Assembly (NCBI GenBank): GCA_002393095.1
Contig: DGII01000036.1
Location: 4,808 to 68,807 of the forward strand
Length of the DNA: 64,000 bases
From: Lachnospiraceae bacterium UBA3826
GTDB lineage: Bacteria > Bacillota > Clostridia > Lachnospirales > Lachnospiraceae
Direction of reading: 5' to 3'
The notes under the pieces were generated by a model. The model had not been told where the DNA came from, made no database searches, and saw only the letters and a list, made by a program, of their open reading frames with translations. Every line of letters starts with the position of its first letter. The first letter of the stretch is position 1. The translations under genes and the position numbers were made by a program. Shown here piece after piece: positions 9,910 to 19,167 of the stretch.

Positions 9910-12336
9910 CTAGCGATTCCTGTATCTCTCTCTGATTGAGCTTAGCGCATCCGCTGCCGACATATAGTCGGACATCTCCACCTTTCTCCTGATAGCTATG
10001 AGCTGAGGTGCCAGAGGATGCCCGTTATAGCTGAATTCCTTAAGCTCATCCAGTATCTTAAGCATATCATCCGCCACGAAGGTATAGGCCGCATCCTCGA
10101 AGTCATTCACATACTTATCGAACTTATCATCATCTATCGGATCGGCCACATTCTCGCTGAATTCGTCGCTTACCTCCATCTGTACCGTATCCTGACCAAG
10201 CAGAAGTGAGATGACTCTCTCATATTCCTTCATCATCTCTTCGTGATATGCTTCTATATAAGGAATATCCCTGTCCTTGGCCGCCTGCTCCATATCCTTG
10301 GCCATCTTGGAGAGTACATCCGCACCGATACTTGCCATCGAACTCTTAAGAGCGTGGACATATATGGTATAGTTCTCGTAATCACCGTCTGCGAAGAACT
10401 TCCTTATCCTGTCGATATTCTCCGGACCGTTGGTCGCATGTACCTTAAGCACGTTCATATAGTTATCAACAGTACCGCAGTACAGAAGCCCCTTCTTGAC
10501 ATCCAGATCTCCTATCACAAGATTACCTGCCGCATTCTCCGTCTCTGTTCCCGTCGCATCATCTATATCCGAATAACTTATCTTATCCGAAGAGATATAC
10601 TTCTTAAGAATACGTTCAAGGCTGCCGACCTCAACAGGCTTGGAGATAAAGTCATTAAAGCCGTTCTCCATGAACATCTCCTTGGCACCTGCCACGGCAT
10701 TGGCAGTAAGGGCTATGATGGGCACCTCCTTATAATATGCGATATCCTTGTCCCTGATCCTGCGTACAGTCTCGATACCGTCCATCTCCGGCATCATATG
10801 ATCCATGAATATGAAATCATAATCACGGCTTACAAGCTTCTCAAGAGCCTCCCTTCCGCTTCCGGCAGTGGTTATCTTGATCTTATACGGCTTAAGCAGC
10901 CCCTCTATTACCTTAAGGTTCATGAAGCTGTCATCTACTATCATGATATGGGCATTAGGCATGATCATCTGTCCGGTTATAGCACCCGAACCTGATTTGC
11001 CTGTTATCCTGACAGCACTGTCACCATAATCACCGCCGGCCACATTCTCGATATTGACAGCCACAAGTCTCTTGTCAATGGCACCTATAGGAGAAGAATC
11101 CACAACGGTCTGGGGAATGGTGAACTGTATGTCGGTCCCTTTGCCGTACTTGGAGTCTACGGTCATGAATCCGCCCATAAGCTCTACCATATATCTGACT
11201 ATGGTAAGCCCCAATCCTATTCCGCCCTGCTTGCGGTCCCTTCCGCTGTTAAGCTGGGTAAAATCAGAGAATATCCTGTTTAAGCTCTCAGGCCTCATTC
11301 CTATGCCCGTATCCCTGATTCGAACACACAGATTGATACCGTAATCCTCATTACGTCCGCTTATATCTATTATCACATAGCCTTCCTGGGTATACTTGAT
11401 GGCATTGTCTATGAGATTGAGCATGATACGCTTAAGCTTGGGTTCATCTCCGCGCAGAGATGACGGAAGCATGGGGTCGCAGTTAAGTATGAGCTCAAGC
11501 TTCTTATCCCCGATCCTTGCAAGGCTTAGGTTAAGCACATCATTGATCGTAGACGAGATATTATACTTATCCTCGTCAAGCGTAAACCTTCCACTGCTTA
11601 TCTCCGAATAGTCAAGGATATCATTCACCACAGTCATAAGGCTCCTGCCGGCGTTCTTGATATCAGTCAGGTGCTCTCTTGTGGTCTCGCTCTTGGCTTC
11701 GGATATGGCGATCTCACTCATGCCGCATATGGTATTGATCGGAGTGCGAAGCTCATGTGACATATTGGCCAGGAAATCATCCTTGCTTCTCTCCGCTAAT
11801 TTAAGCTCATCTATCGTATCAAGGAGTCTGACCTTATTCCTCTCCTCCTCATCTATGAAGAACTTCACCACGAGGATCGTCACATATATGGATATGATCT
11901 CAAGTATCGTTCTTGATGCCCCTGTTAAGGATGTCAGCGCCAGTGTCTTGGATATAAAAAGGTGATGCAGGATAATCAGGGATACAGATACAAGGGGGAA
12001 TACCAGCAATCCCTGCAGCTCATACAGACCTATGACAATGGAGAATCCGGTTGCGGCTATCAGTGCTCCCGGCTCGCTGTTGACAAACACACAGTATACG
12101 AGTATGCATAAGGATGCTATGGCTGCACAGAGTCCGGCTCTGAACCTGTAGCTTTTGAATTCGGTCAGATGAACCATCCACAGTATCAGCACACCGCCCT
12201 CTATGATATAGGTGATCCATGCGTTGGGCGTGGCATATGTAACTGCCGCCACGAATACGGAGTATATGGTGCATATCACCAATACCACATTCTCTATTCT
12301 TTTTCTTCTAAGAAGATCGAATTCTCTGTTGTCCAT
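9910..12336 (-). CDS. Membrane hybrid histidine kinase (HisKA-HATPase-REC-Hpt)
   Basis: SHELRTP, NLIDNAIKYT, GIGLGL, MDHMMPEMDG, Hpt VHALKS. Confidence 0.9.
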   Translation of the reverse strand: MDNREFDLLRRKRIENVVLVICTIYSVFVAAVTYATPNAWITYIIEGGVLILWMVHLTEFKSYRFRAGLCAAIASLCILVYCVFVNSEPGALIAATGFSIVIGLYELQGLLVFPLVSVSLIILHHLFISKTLALTSLTGASRTILEIISIYVTILVVKFFIDEEERNKVRLLDTIDELKLAERSKDDFLANMSHELRTPINTICGMSEIAISEAKSETTREHLTDIKNAGRSLMTVVNDILDYSEISSGRFTLDEDKYNISSTINDVLNLSLARIGDKKLELILNCDPMLPSSLRGDEPKLKRIMLNLIDNAIKYTQEGYVIIDISGRNEDYGINLCVRIRDTGIGMRPESLNRIFSDFTQLNSGRDRKQGGIGLGLTIVRYMVELMGGFMTVDSKYGKGTDIQFTIPQTVVDSSPIGAIDKRLVAVNIENVAGGDYGDSAVRITGKSGSGAITGQMIMPNAHIMIVDDSFMNLKVIEGLLKPYKIKITTAGSGREALEKLVSRDYDFIFMDHMMPEMDGIETVRRIRDKDIAYYKEVPIIALTANAVAGAKEMFMENGFNDFISKPVEVGSLERILKKYISSDKISYSDIDDATGTETENAAGNLVIGDLDVKKGLLYCGTVDNYMNVLKVHATNGPENIDRIRKFFADGDYENYTIYVHALKSSMASIGADVLSKMAKDMEQAAKDRDIPYIEAYHEEMMKEYERVISLLLGQDTVQMEVSDEFSENVADPIDDDKFDKYVNDFEDAAYTFVADDMLKILDELKEFSYNGHPLAPQLIAIRRKVEMSDYMSAADALSSIRERYRNR

Positions 12337-12378
12337 CTTGTTCCTTTACAATCCTGCGTTACTGACCATATCCTCTTC

Positions 12379-14040
12379 CTATGCGGGGAATCTCATGGTC
12401 ATTGTACTTCCAAGGCCCTTCCTGCTCTCAATATCCAATGTGCCGCCTATCTGCTCGATCGAGCTTACCACCACATCCATTCCGACTCCCCTTCCGGAGA
12501 ATTCCGTTATGTCAGTATTGGTCGAAAAGCCGGGCAGCGTAATGAATCTCCAGACCTCTTCATCGGTGTAATCCGCATCCGATCTGTCTTCATCCATAAG
12601 GCCCTTTTCCCTGGCCTTTTTAAGTATCTTATCCCTGTCAAGTCCTGCGCCGTCATCGCTTACGGATATCCTAAGCTCTCCGTCCGCAATCTCAGCCTTA
12701 AGTGTGATCCTTCCCTTACGGGGCTTGCCTGCGGCCTCTCTTAAGTCGGCATCCTCTATTCCGTGATCGGCAGAATTGCGTACCATATGCATCAACGGAT
12801 CGGATATATGCTCAACGATCCCTCTGTCAGCGCGTACATCATCCCCTATGATCGAACATTCTATATCCTTGTTAAGCTTCCTTGAAGCCTCGAATATCAC
12901 CCTGTTCATACGCAGGAATATATTGGTCAGAGGAACCATCCTCATATTATTGATAACAGACTGGATATCCTCGGTAAGCTTCTTAAGCTTATCGGTGGTC
13001 TTATCACCGGCAAGCTTATTCTCCTGACTTATAAGCTTCATTACAAGGTCAGAGAGCCTGTCAAGCTCCGCTACCTCCACATTGACATGGGAATTCTTAA
13101 GCTTGGCAGCCGCATTGTCCTTAGCCAATACCACTCCGCCGCCCGGAGCGTTGGCATGTACGACGAAGTCACCGGGTACATACTCTGTCTTATCCTTCGA
13201 ATGCTTGGCAGCTATGTCCGCATCCACGCCAAAAAGCTTGAATCCCGCATTATATCTTGCAGCATCTATCTCCGATATGCTTATGGAATCGGTCTCATAG
13301 CCCGCACTTACGATCTTATCTATCTGCTTCTTGGAGACTGCACTTCTAAGCAGTATCTTAAAGCCCTGTTCGATTATCTCGTCACTGCTCTTCTCATCCG
13401 TAAGGATAGAAGAGGGAGAATACTTGATATCCTGTGCGATACCCTTAAGGGCATGAACCACCTTGTACGCATGTACGTTGGCAAGCTTGGTATCTCTTGC
13501 ATATGTGATATATATCTGATAATAGTGGCTGGCCTTGGTATCCTTAGGTGCTATGTATATCTGGGTCGACCCTGTGGCACTGCTGCCTTCTGTCTCTGTT
13601 ATATCCTTATTCCCGGCCGCATTCTTCTCCACATTGATGGATTCTAAGAAGGCATCCAGCTCATCTATGAGTGCTTGTGCGCTTGTATCCGCCATCTCTC
13701 CGGCTGATAATCTGTCAAGCTCTCCCTGTACAAAATCGCCCACCTTAAGCACAAGCTCTATCAGTTCCTTATGTGGTACGTCTGTAGGCTTATACTCTCT
13801 TATATAGAAGAAGACATCCTCCATCTTATGTGTCAGCATATTGATCTGCTCGAACATCATGAATCCGGCGGAGCCCTTCATTGTATGCATATGTCTGAAG
13901 ATCTCGTCTATTGCTTCCGGCGGAAATTCCTTCTCATCTCTGTATTTCAGCACGACACCCTGTAACTCCTCAAGTATCTGTGAAGTCTCAAGCAGATATG
14001 TGTCAAGCATGTCATCTCTGTCAAAAGCCATTGCTGTCAC
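12379..14040 (-). CDS. cheA: CheA-like histidine kinase lacking the C-terminal CheW-like (P5) domain
   Basis: P1 FRHMHTMKG; P4 DPLMHMVRNSADHG and LPGFST..SGRGVGMDVV; ends immediately after P4 (MRFPA*). Confidence 0.85.
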   Translation of the reverse strand: MTAMAFDRDDMLDTYLLETSQILEELQGVVLKYRDEKEFPPEAIDEIFRHMHTMKGSAGFMMFEQINMLTHKMEDVFFYIREYKPTDVPHKELIELVLKVGDFVQGELDRLSAGEMADTSAQALIDELDAFLESINVEKNAAGNKDITETEGSSATGSTQIYIAPKDTKASHYYQIYITYARDTKLANVHAYKVVHALKGIAQDIKYSPSSILTDEKSSDEIIEQGFKILLRSAVSKKQIDKIVSAGYETDSISISEIDAARYNAGFKLFGVDADIAAKHSKDKTEYVPGDFVVHANAPGGGVVLAKDNAAAKLKNSHVNVEVAELDRLSDLVMKLISQENKLAGDKTTDKLKKLTEDIQSVINNMRMVPLTNIFLRMNRVIFEASRKLNKDIECSIIGDDVRADRGIVEHISDPLMHMVRNSADHGIEDADLREAAGKPRKGRITLKAEIADGELRISVSDDGAGLDRDKILKKAREKGLMDEDRSDADYTDEEVWRFITLPGFSTNTDITEFSGRGVGMDVVVSSIEQIGGTLDIESRKGLGSTMTMRFPA

Positions 14041-14061
14041 CTCTCTTCATTAACGATACAG

Positions 14062-14475
14062 CTACTCGATCAGACCAAGCTTCTTAAGCGCCTGCTCGAA
14101 TCTGTCCTGATTGATAGGCTTCCCCGAATATATGGTGCATCCCAGATCGAAAGCCATCTTGACATTCTTCTCTTCATTGAGTGCCGTAGCCATGATTATC
14201 TTGACAGCCTTATCAGGCTCTATACCTCTCTCCTTCTCGATATTACGTATACCGATAAGCGCCTGATATCCGTCCATCACAGGCATCATGATATCTAAGC
14301 AGACCAAGTCGTAGGGCTCGCCCTCCTCCTGAGCAAGCAGGAATGCGTCCACAGCCTCCATACCGTCTACGGTCACATCACAGTCACCATACTTAGACAG
14401 GAAACTCATCATGAACTTCCTTGTCACAAAATCATCTTCTGCCAGTAGTATTCTCATATTTCCCTTCCTTTCCAC
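14062..14475 (-). CDS. Single-domain response regulator (CheY-like)
   Basis: LAEDD, LDIMMPVMDG, IMATA, KP motifs. Confidence 0.9.
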   Translation of the reverse strand: MERKGNMRILLAEDDFVTRKFMMSFLSKYGDCDVTVDGMEAVDAFLLAQEEGEPYDLVCLDIMMPVMDGYQALIGIRNIEKERGIEPDKAVKIIMATALNEEKNVKMAFDLGCTIYSGKPINQDRFEQALKKLGLIE

Positions 14476-14494
14476 ACAATATTATGCATATGAT

Positions 14495-15571
14495 CTATCT
14501 GAGCTGCTTGGAAATCTTTCGACATACCCGATATATTTCGGGGTTGAACTTCTCTCCTATATCCGCGCCTATTATCCGAAGCGCTTCCTCCTTGGTATAG
14601 GATACTCTGTATACTCTGTCTGCGGTAAGGGCACAGTACACATTGCCCACGGCTACTATCTGTGCCGATAACGGGATGCTCTCGCCCTTCCTTCCCGTGG
14701 GATATCCGGTTCCGTCCCAGTTCTCATGATGATAATTGGCTATATCCGCAGCCATCTGCACGAAATCATCATATTCGCTTGAGAGCGCCACATCCTTAAG
14801 TATCCTTGCGCCTACATCAGTGTGCGTCTGCATCCTCAGCCTTTCCTCATGATCAAGAGCATCCTTTTTCTGAAGGATCTCCTTGGGGATAGCCACATTA
14901 CCTATATCACACAGAGGCGCCGCTATCTCGATAGTATTGATGAAGGTATCCGTCACCACATCACTATATAGCTCCGCAAGCTGCATGGCCTGTGCTATCA
15001 GCCTGCAATTATAAGACAGTCTCTCGATGAATTTCTCCTCGTACATCGAATTACGTCTTGCGAGATTGGCAAGCGCATACAGCACTCCCTTCTTCTCATG
15101 CTCGATCTGCCTTAACTGACTGTTGATGGAGCTCTGAAGCCTTCTGTTGGTCTCCATAAGGTCGCGCTTCGTCTCATGGAACCGCAGGTGTACACCCGCT
15201 CTTGCCTTGACAACCTCCGGTATGAAGGGCTTGGTGATATAATCCTCGCCGCCTATCTCGAAGCCTCTGACTATATCGTCTACCTCATCATATGCCGATA
15301 TGAATACTATCGGTATATCTCTGGTATCCACATTGCCCTTGACGATAGCGGCGAATTCATAACCTCCCATCTCCGGCATGGATATGTCAAGCAATATAAG
15401 GTCCGGCACACACTTCTGCAGCACCTTAAGTCCCTGTATTCCGTTCTCCGCAAGTATCGGCTGGTATCCCATCTCCGATATGATATTCCTTAATACGAAT
15501 CTGTTGACTTCAACATCATCGATTATCAGGACCCTGCCCTTGCCCTCGACAGTACTTGTGTTATCTGCCAT
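14495..15571 (-). CDS. Response regulator with degenerate HD-GYP domain
   Basis: REC (IDD, LDISMP, KPF) plus HHENWDGTGYP; the HD dyad reads CD (APLCDIG). Confidence 0.85.
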   Translation of the reverse strand: MADNTSTVEGKGRVLIIDDVEVNRFVLRNIISEMGYQPILAENGIQGLKVLQKCVPDLILLDISMPEMGGYEFAAIVKGNVDTRDIPIVFISAYDEVDDIVRGFEIGGEDYITKPFIPEVVKARAGVHLRFHETKRDLMETNRRLQSSINSQLRQIEHEKKGVLYALANLARRNSMYEEKFIERLSYNCRLIAQAMQLAELYSDVVTDTFINTIEIAAPLCDIGNVAIPKEILQKKDALDHEERLRMQTHTDVGARILKDVALSSEYDDFVQMAADIANYHHENWDGTGYPTGRKGESIPLSAQIVAVGNVYCALTADRVYRVSYTKEEALRIIGADIGEKFNPEIYRVCRKISKQLR

Positions 15572-15608
15572 ATGATCTGCACATCCTCCGTAATCGTATG
15601 ATCACCAC

Positions 15609-17057
15609 TTATTCGTTATACCCCCCCCCGATCATCTCACGCAGTTCATCGATGATCTCGGTGGTCTTCTCTTTATTCTCCTTCTGCACTGCCATCTTAA
15701 GCTTAAGCGTAGCTGTGGATATCTCCTTGGGCGCTCCTATCGTAAGCTGCTTGATGGCCTCTGCGAAGGTCTCTGCCTTGTCCCATGTATCCATCTCGAC
15801 ACAAAGGACTAACTTCATGAGTCTCTTCTCTATCTCCTCGGCATTCTCGGATGACCCGAATGAGAAGGTCTCTTCCTCTTCAAGCTGGGACATCTGACTG
15901 TCCGCAACACTGGTCGTATCTATATGGAAATCCGTAGCTATGGACTTGTCATCCTCCGAATCCGCCACACTTAACCATACGGAGAAATTGAAGTTGGAGC
16001 CCTTGCCCGGCTTACTGTCTACCGAGATATTACCGTCCATAAGAGACACCAGATGCTTGCTTATATTAAGTCCAAGTCCGGTACCGCCGTACTGTCTTGA
16101 GATTGAAGCATCCACCTGTGAGAACTCCTTGAAAAGCTTATCCTTATCCTTCTCGGCTATACCTATACCGGTATCCATGACCATGAAGAAAAGCTCTATC
16201 TTCCTGCCTGCTCTTGCGGTCTGTACAACCTCAAGCATTATCTTACCCACCGATGTGAACTTGGTGGCATTGGATAAAAGGTTATTAAGTATCTGCTCTA
16301 ACCTGAGTTCGTCTCCTATAAGGATATCCGGTATATCCGGTGCTACCGATACGAAGAAGTCAAGTCCCTTATCATGTATCTTGTTGGCATGATTGGACTT
16401 CACGTAATTGATCATATCCCTTAGAGAGAATTCCCTCTCCTCTATCTCGAACTTACCGGCTTCAAGCTTGGAGAAGTCGAGTATGTTATTGATCAGAGCA
16501 TTCATGTCGGCACAGCTTTTCTCTATCATCTCCATGGTATAGAGTCTGCTCTTGTCCCTCTCCGTATTCATGAGTTCTCTGATATTGCCCAATATACCGT
16601 TGACCGGAGTACGAAGCTCGTGTGTGACATTGGCCACGAACTCGTCCTTGATCTTGGTCATATTGATGGTATTCTCCTTGATCTTATCGATCTCTCTCAT
16701 CATTGAGTCCCGACCGGATATGTCCCTTCCGATACAGACACTCCTTGTGATGCCTTCATCATCGTTAAGGAATCTCACCTCAGCATTGAAGCATGTGCTG
16801 TTGCTTCTGTATGCAACCGTGGCTACCATTCTTCCGTCCATCTCTGCAGAGCTTGTAAGCCTGCCTCCGGTCACGGTAAATATCGTGGGAAAGATGTCCT
16901 GTATGCCCTTGTCGTCAAAGCTGTCATACATAAGGAGAGTGTACGCCTCTTCATTGGCATACATTATGCTGCCGTCATCCTCAAAGACCAGAAAGAAGTC
17001 AAAAAGGCAATCTCCCAGTTTCTTAAGATATTCTCCGCTTTTAAGAATCTCTTTCAT
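15609..17057 (-). CDS. Cytoplasmic PAS-domain histidine kinase with Hpt-like tail
   Basis: PAS-like N-terminus (IMYANEEA); THELRTP; NLLSNATKFT; GGTGLGL. Confidence 0.88.
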   Translation of the reverse strand: MKEILKSGEYLKKLGDCLFDFFLVFEDDGSIMYANEEAYTLLMYDSFDDKGIQDIFPTIFTVTGGRLTSSAEMDGRMVATVAYRSNSTCFNAEVRFLNDDEGITRSVCIGRDISGRDSMMREIDKIKENTINMTKIKDEFVANVTHELRTPVNGILGNIRELMNTERDKSRLYTMEMIEKSCADMNALINNILDFSKLEAGKFEIEEREFSLRDMINYVKSNHANKIHDKGLDFFVSVAPDIPDILIGDELRLEQILNNLLSNATKFTSVGKIMLEVVQTARAGRKIELFFMVMDTGIGIAEKDKDKLFKEFSQVDASISRQYGGTGLGLNISKHLVSLMDGNISVDSKPGKGSNFNFSVWLSVADSEDDKSIATDFHIDTTSVADSQMSQLEEEETFSFGSSENAEEIEKRLMKLVLCVEMDTWDKAETFAEAIKQLTIGAPKEISTATLKLKMAVQKENKEKTTEIIDELREMIGGGYNE

Positions 17058-17116
17058 TTTGTAACGCCCCTAATACACCTGTGTATCATATATACCCTAT
17101 ATTCAACAATGCTAAC

Positions 17117-17141
17117 AGAGGAAAGCCGCAGGCTTTCCTCT
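17117..17141. other. Perfect 11-bp stem-loop (leader hairpin of the signalling operon, or end-of-transcript hairpin of the mrp operon)
   Basis: AGAGGAAAGCC-GCA-GGCTTTCCTCT; no clear U-tract on either strand. Confidence 0.55.
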
Positions 17142-17154
17142 CTAACCTTAATAA

Positions 17155-17183
17155 ATTATAACAAATTTGATTCTTTATTACAA
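17155..17183 (-). promoter_or_regulatory. SigmaA-type promoter of the signalling operon
   Basis: Minus strand TTGTAA-N17-TATAAT with extended -10 TG. Confidence 0.65.
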
Positions 17184-17200
17184 CAAAATTTGGTACTTAT

Positions 17201-19138
17201 CTACCACCATCTGGTTATCAATATATATGCCACTGTCAGCACCAGTCCCAGACAGAACATCATCAGCCCGAAGGACATGCTTCTGAATATAACGGTCCTG
17301 CTCTCCTTTAAGCTCTCATAATCCATTGCGAACTTATGCACAAAGTTGACGGGCTTACCCACCCTGACTCCTTTCAGCTTAAGATATCTTCGCCTTATCC
17401 TGTTAAGCTTTCCGGCAATCACACCAAGGCAGTATGTGAGTCTGTTGCCCTCGGCAAGCTCTTCCTTTTCCCCGCTGTCGGCGAATATCCCTTTTCTGAG
17501 GAAATATATAGTTATGTCAACCAATTTATCAAGGAATCTGCATACCACAGCCGCTACGAAGGGAAGCGCATATAATACCACGGGTCTGTACAGCTTATCC
17601 TCCAGGTCAAGCCATCCCGGCCATTTGTCCGTATATTCGTCTTCTTCGGTCATAAGCACGTTCCTTATGATTCCCGCATATATAACTATGCCTATGGCAA
17701 TGGATATGATCGCACCCTTAAGACATTCCGATGTGAAAAAGCTTTCGAGCATATATTCCGCATCCCTGTTGATGACAAGAGCATCTGCACAGATATCGAC
17801 GATCGTCCTCATGGTATATCCGGGCGTAAGCCCAAGCGCCGGCGGTATCAGTGCCGCCACCGTAAGGGCTGTAGCAGTTGCCCTGTTCATATACGGCTTA
17901 CCCTCATCATAGACTGCCTGAATATCCGCATCCTTATTCTTCTCCACGAATATACATATGTAAAGCTTAAGCATATAGGCCACGGTACAACCGCCGCTTA
18001 TTAAGAATATCCATTCCGTATACTTTATTATGTCATAGCTTAGTGCCGCCGCCCCGCCATAGTACATATAGCTCTCAAGTGCGGTGATTCCCTCATGTAT
18101 CAGAGTCTTGCTTATATATCCGTTAAAAAGCGGGATTCCGCCAATCCCCAAGGCCCCGGATAAGAATATGAGCTTAAGCAGCGGCTTCCTGCGCCCGTAG
18201 CCCCTTAAGGAATTAAGATCAAGCTTATGGACGTTCATGTATATGACACCTGCCGCAGCAAAAAGTATCAGCTTGAATACGGAATGTCCCACCATATGCA
18301 GGAGGCTTCCGCTTAGAGCAAGGTCGGATGCAGCCAGTCCGCTTACGCCTATTCCCGTGAGTATGAAGCCTATCTGTGATACCGAAGAGCATGCGAGTGT
18401 ACGCTTAATGTCCACGCTGAATATGGCAAGCACCGCGCCTGTTGCCATTGTGAGCACGCCGGTTATGAGGATAAGTGCCGACCATGAGGACTTATCTGCG
18501 AATATCGGAAGGAATATATATCTTGAGAGCATCAGTATACCGAGTATACCGGTCTTGGTAAGCATTCCCGACAGAAGTGCCGATGCCGGTGCAGGTGCCA
18601 CAGGATGAGCCTTGGGAAGCCATATATGCAGAGGAAAGGCTCCGGCTTTGGCTCCGAATCCGACAAGCATACACAGACCTGCTGCCCATATCTGCCTGAC
18701 CCCTCTGTCATCTCCCATAAGTCTCATGGAATCATACAGGTACTTAAGAGAATTGAATCTTAAGCTTCCGTCCATACCGATATCGGTAACAGCATCATAG
18801 AGAAGGAACAGTCCCATGAGCATGGTCAGCCCACCTATGATGGCTATGGCAAGATAAGTATCCGCCGCCCTTAAGGAAGCTGCCCTCTCATCAAAGGCCA
18901 CCCACACATAGGATGCAAGTGACATGATCTCGAAGAATATGAACATAGTATAGAAATCCGCTGCCAGAAATACTCCCACCGTGGCAACATATGTAAGGAG
19001 CGTGAAGATATAGAACCTTCCCTTCCTCTCATAGTGCCTCATGTATTCATAGGAGAGTACCAGACTCACGACCCACATGAATGTGGCTATGCATATATAA
19101 GTTATTCTGAAGTTGTCCAAGGTAAATGCTATAGTCAT
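17201..19138 (-). CDS. MrpD/NuoL-family proton-translocating membrane subunit
   Basis: FFEIMS, KAGAFPLHIWLPKAHPVAPAPASALLSG, LACSSVSQIG. Confidence 0.85.
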   Translation of the reverse strand: MTIAFTLDNFRITYICIATFMWVVSLVLSYEYMRHYERKGRFYIFTLLTYVATVGVFLAADFYTMFIFFEIMSLASYVWVAFDERAASLRAADTYLAIAIIGGLTMLMGLFLLYDAVTDIGMDGSLRFNSLKYLYDSMRLMGDDRGVRQIWAAGLCMLVGFGAKAGAFPLHIWLPKAHPVAPAPASALLSGMLTKTGILGILMLSRYIFLPIFADKSSWSALILITGVLTMATGAVLAIFSVDIKRTLACSSVSQIGFILTGIGVSGLAASDLALSGSLLHMVGHSVFKLILFAAAGVIYMNVHKLDLNSLRGYGRRKPLLKLIFLSGALGIGGIPLFNGYISKTLIHEGITALESYMYYGGAAALSYDIIKYTEWIFLISGGCTVAYMLKLYICIFVEKNKDADIQAVYDEGKPYMNRATATALTVAALIPPALGLTPGYTMRTIVDICADALVINRDAEYMLESFFTSECLKGAIISIAIGIVIYAGIIRNVLMTEEDEYTDKWPGWLDLEDKLYRPVVLYALPFVAAVVCRFLDKLVDITIYFLRKGIFADSGEKEELAEGNRLTYCLGVIAGKLNRIRRRYLKLKGVRVGKPVNFVHKFAMDYESLKESRTVIFRSMSFGLMMFCLGLVLTVAYILITRWW

Positions 19139-19167
19139 ATCGATCCCTTCATCCGCTCATCAGTAAC

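Noticed and set aside
12379-14040. cheA pseudogene
   Set aside because: The ORF is uninterrupted, catalytic motifs are intact and it ends at a domain boundary with no P5 remnant; reported as a finding instead.
17100-17150. c-di-GMP riboswitch ahead of the signalling operon
   Set aside because: Only one short hairpin; the class I and II consensus elements are absent.
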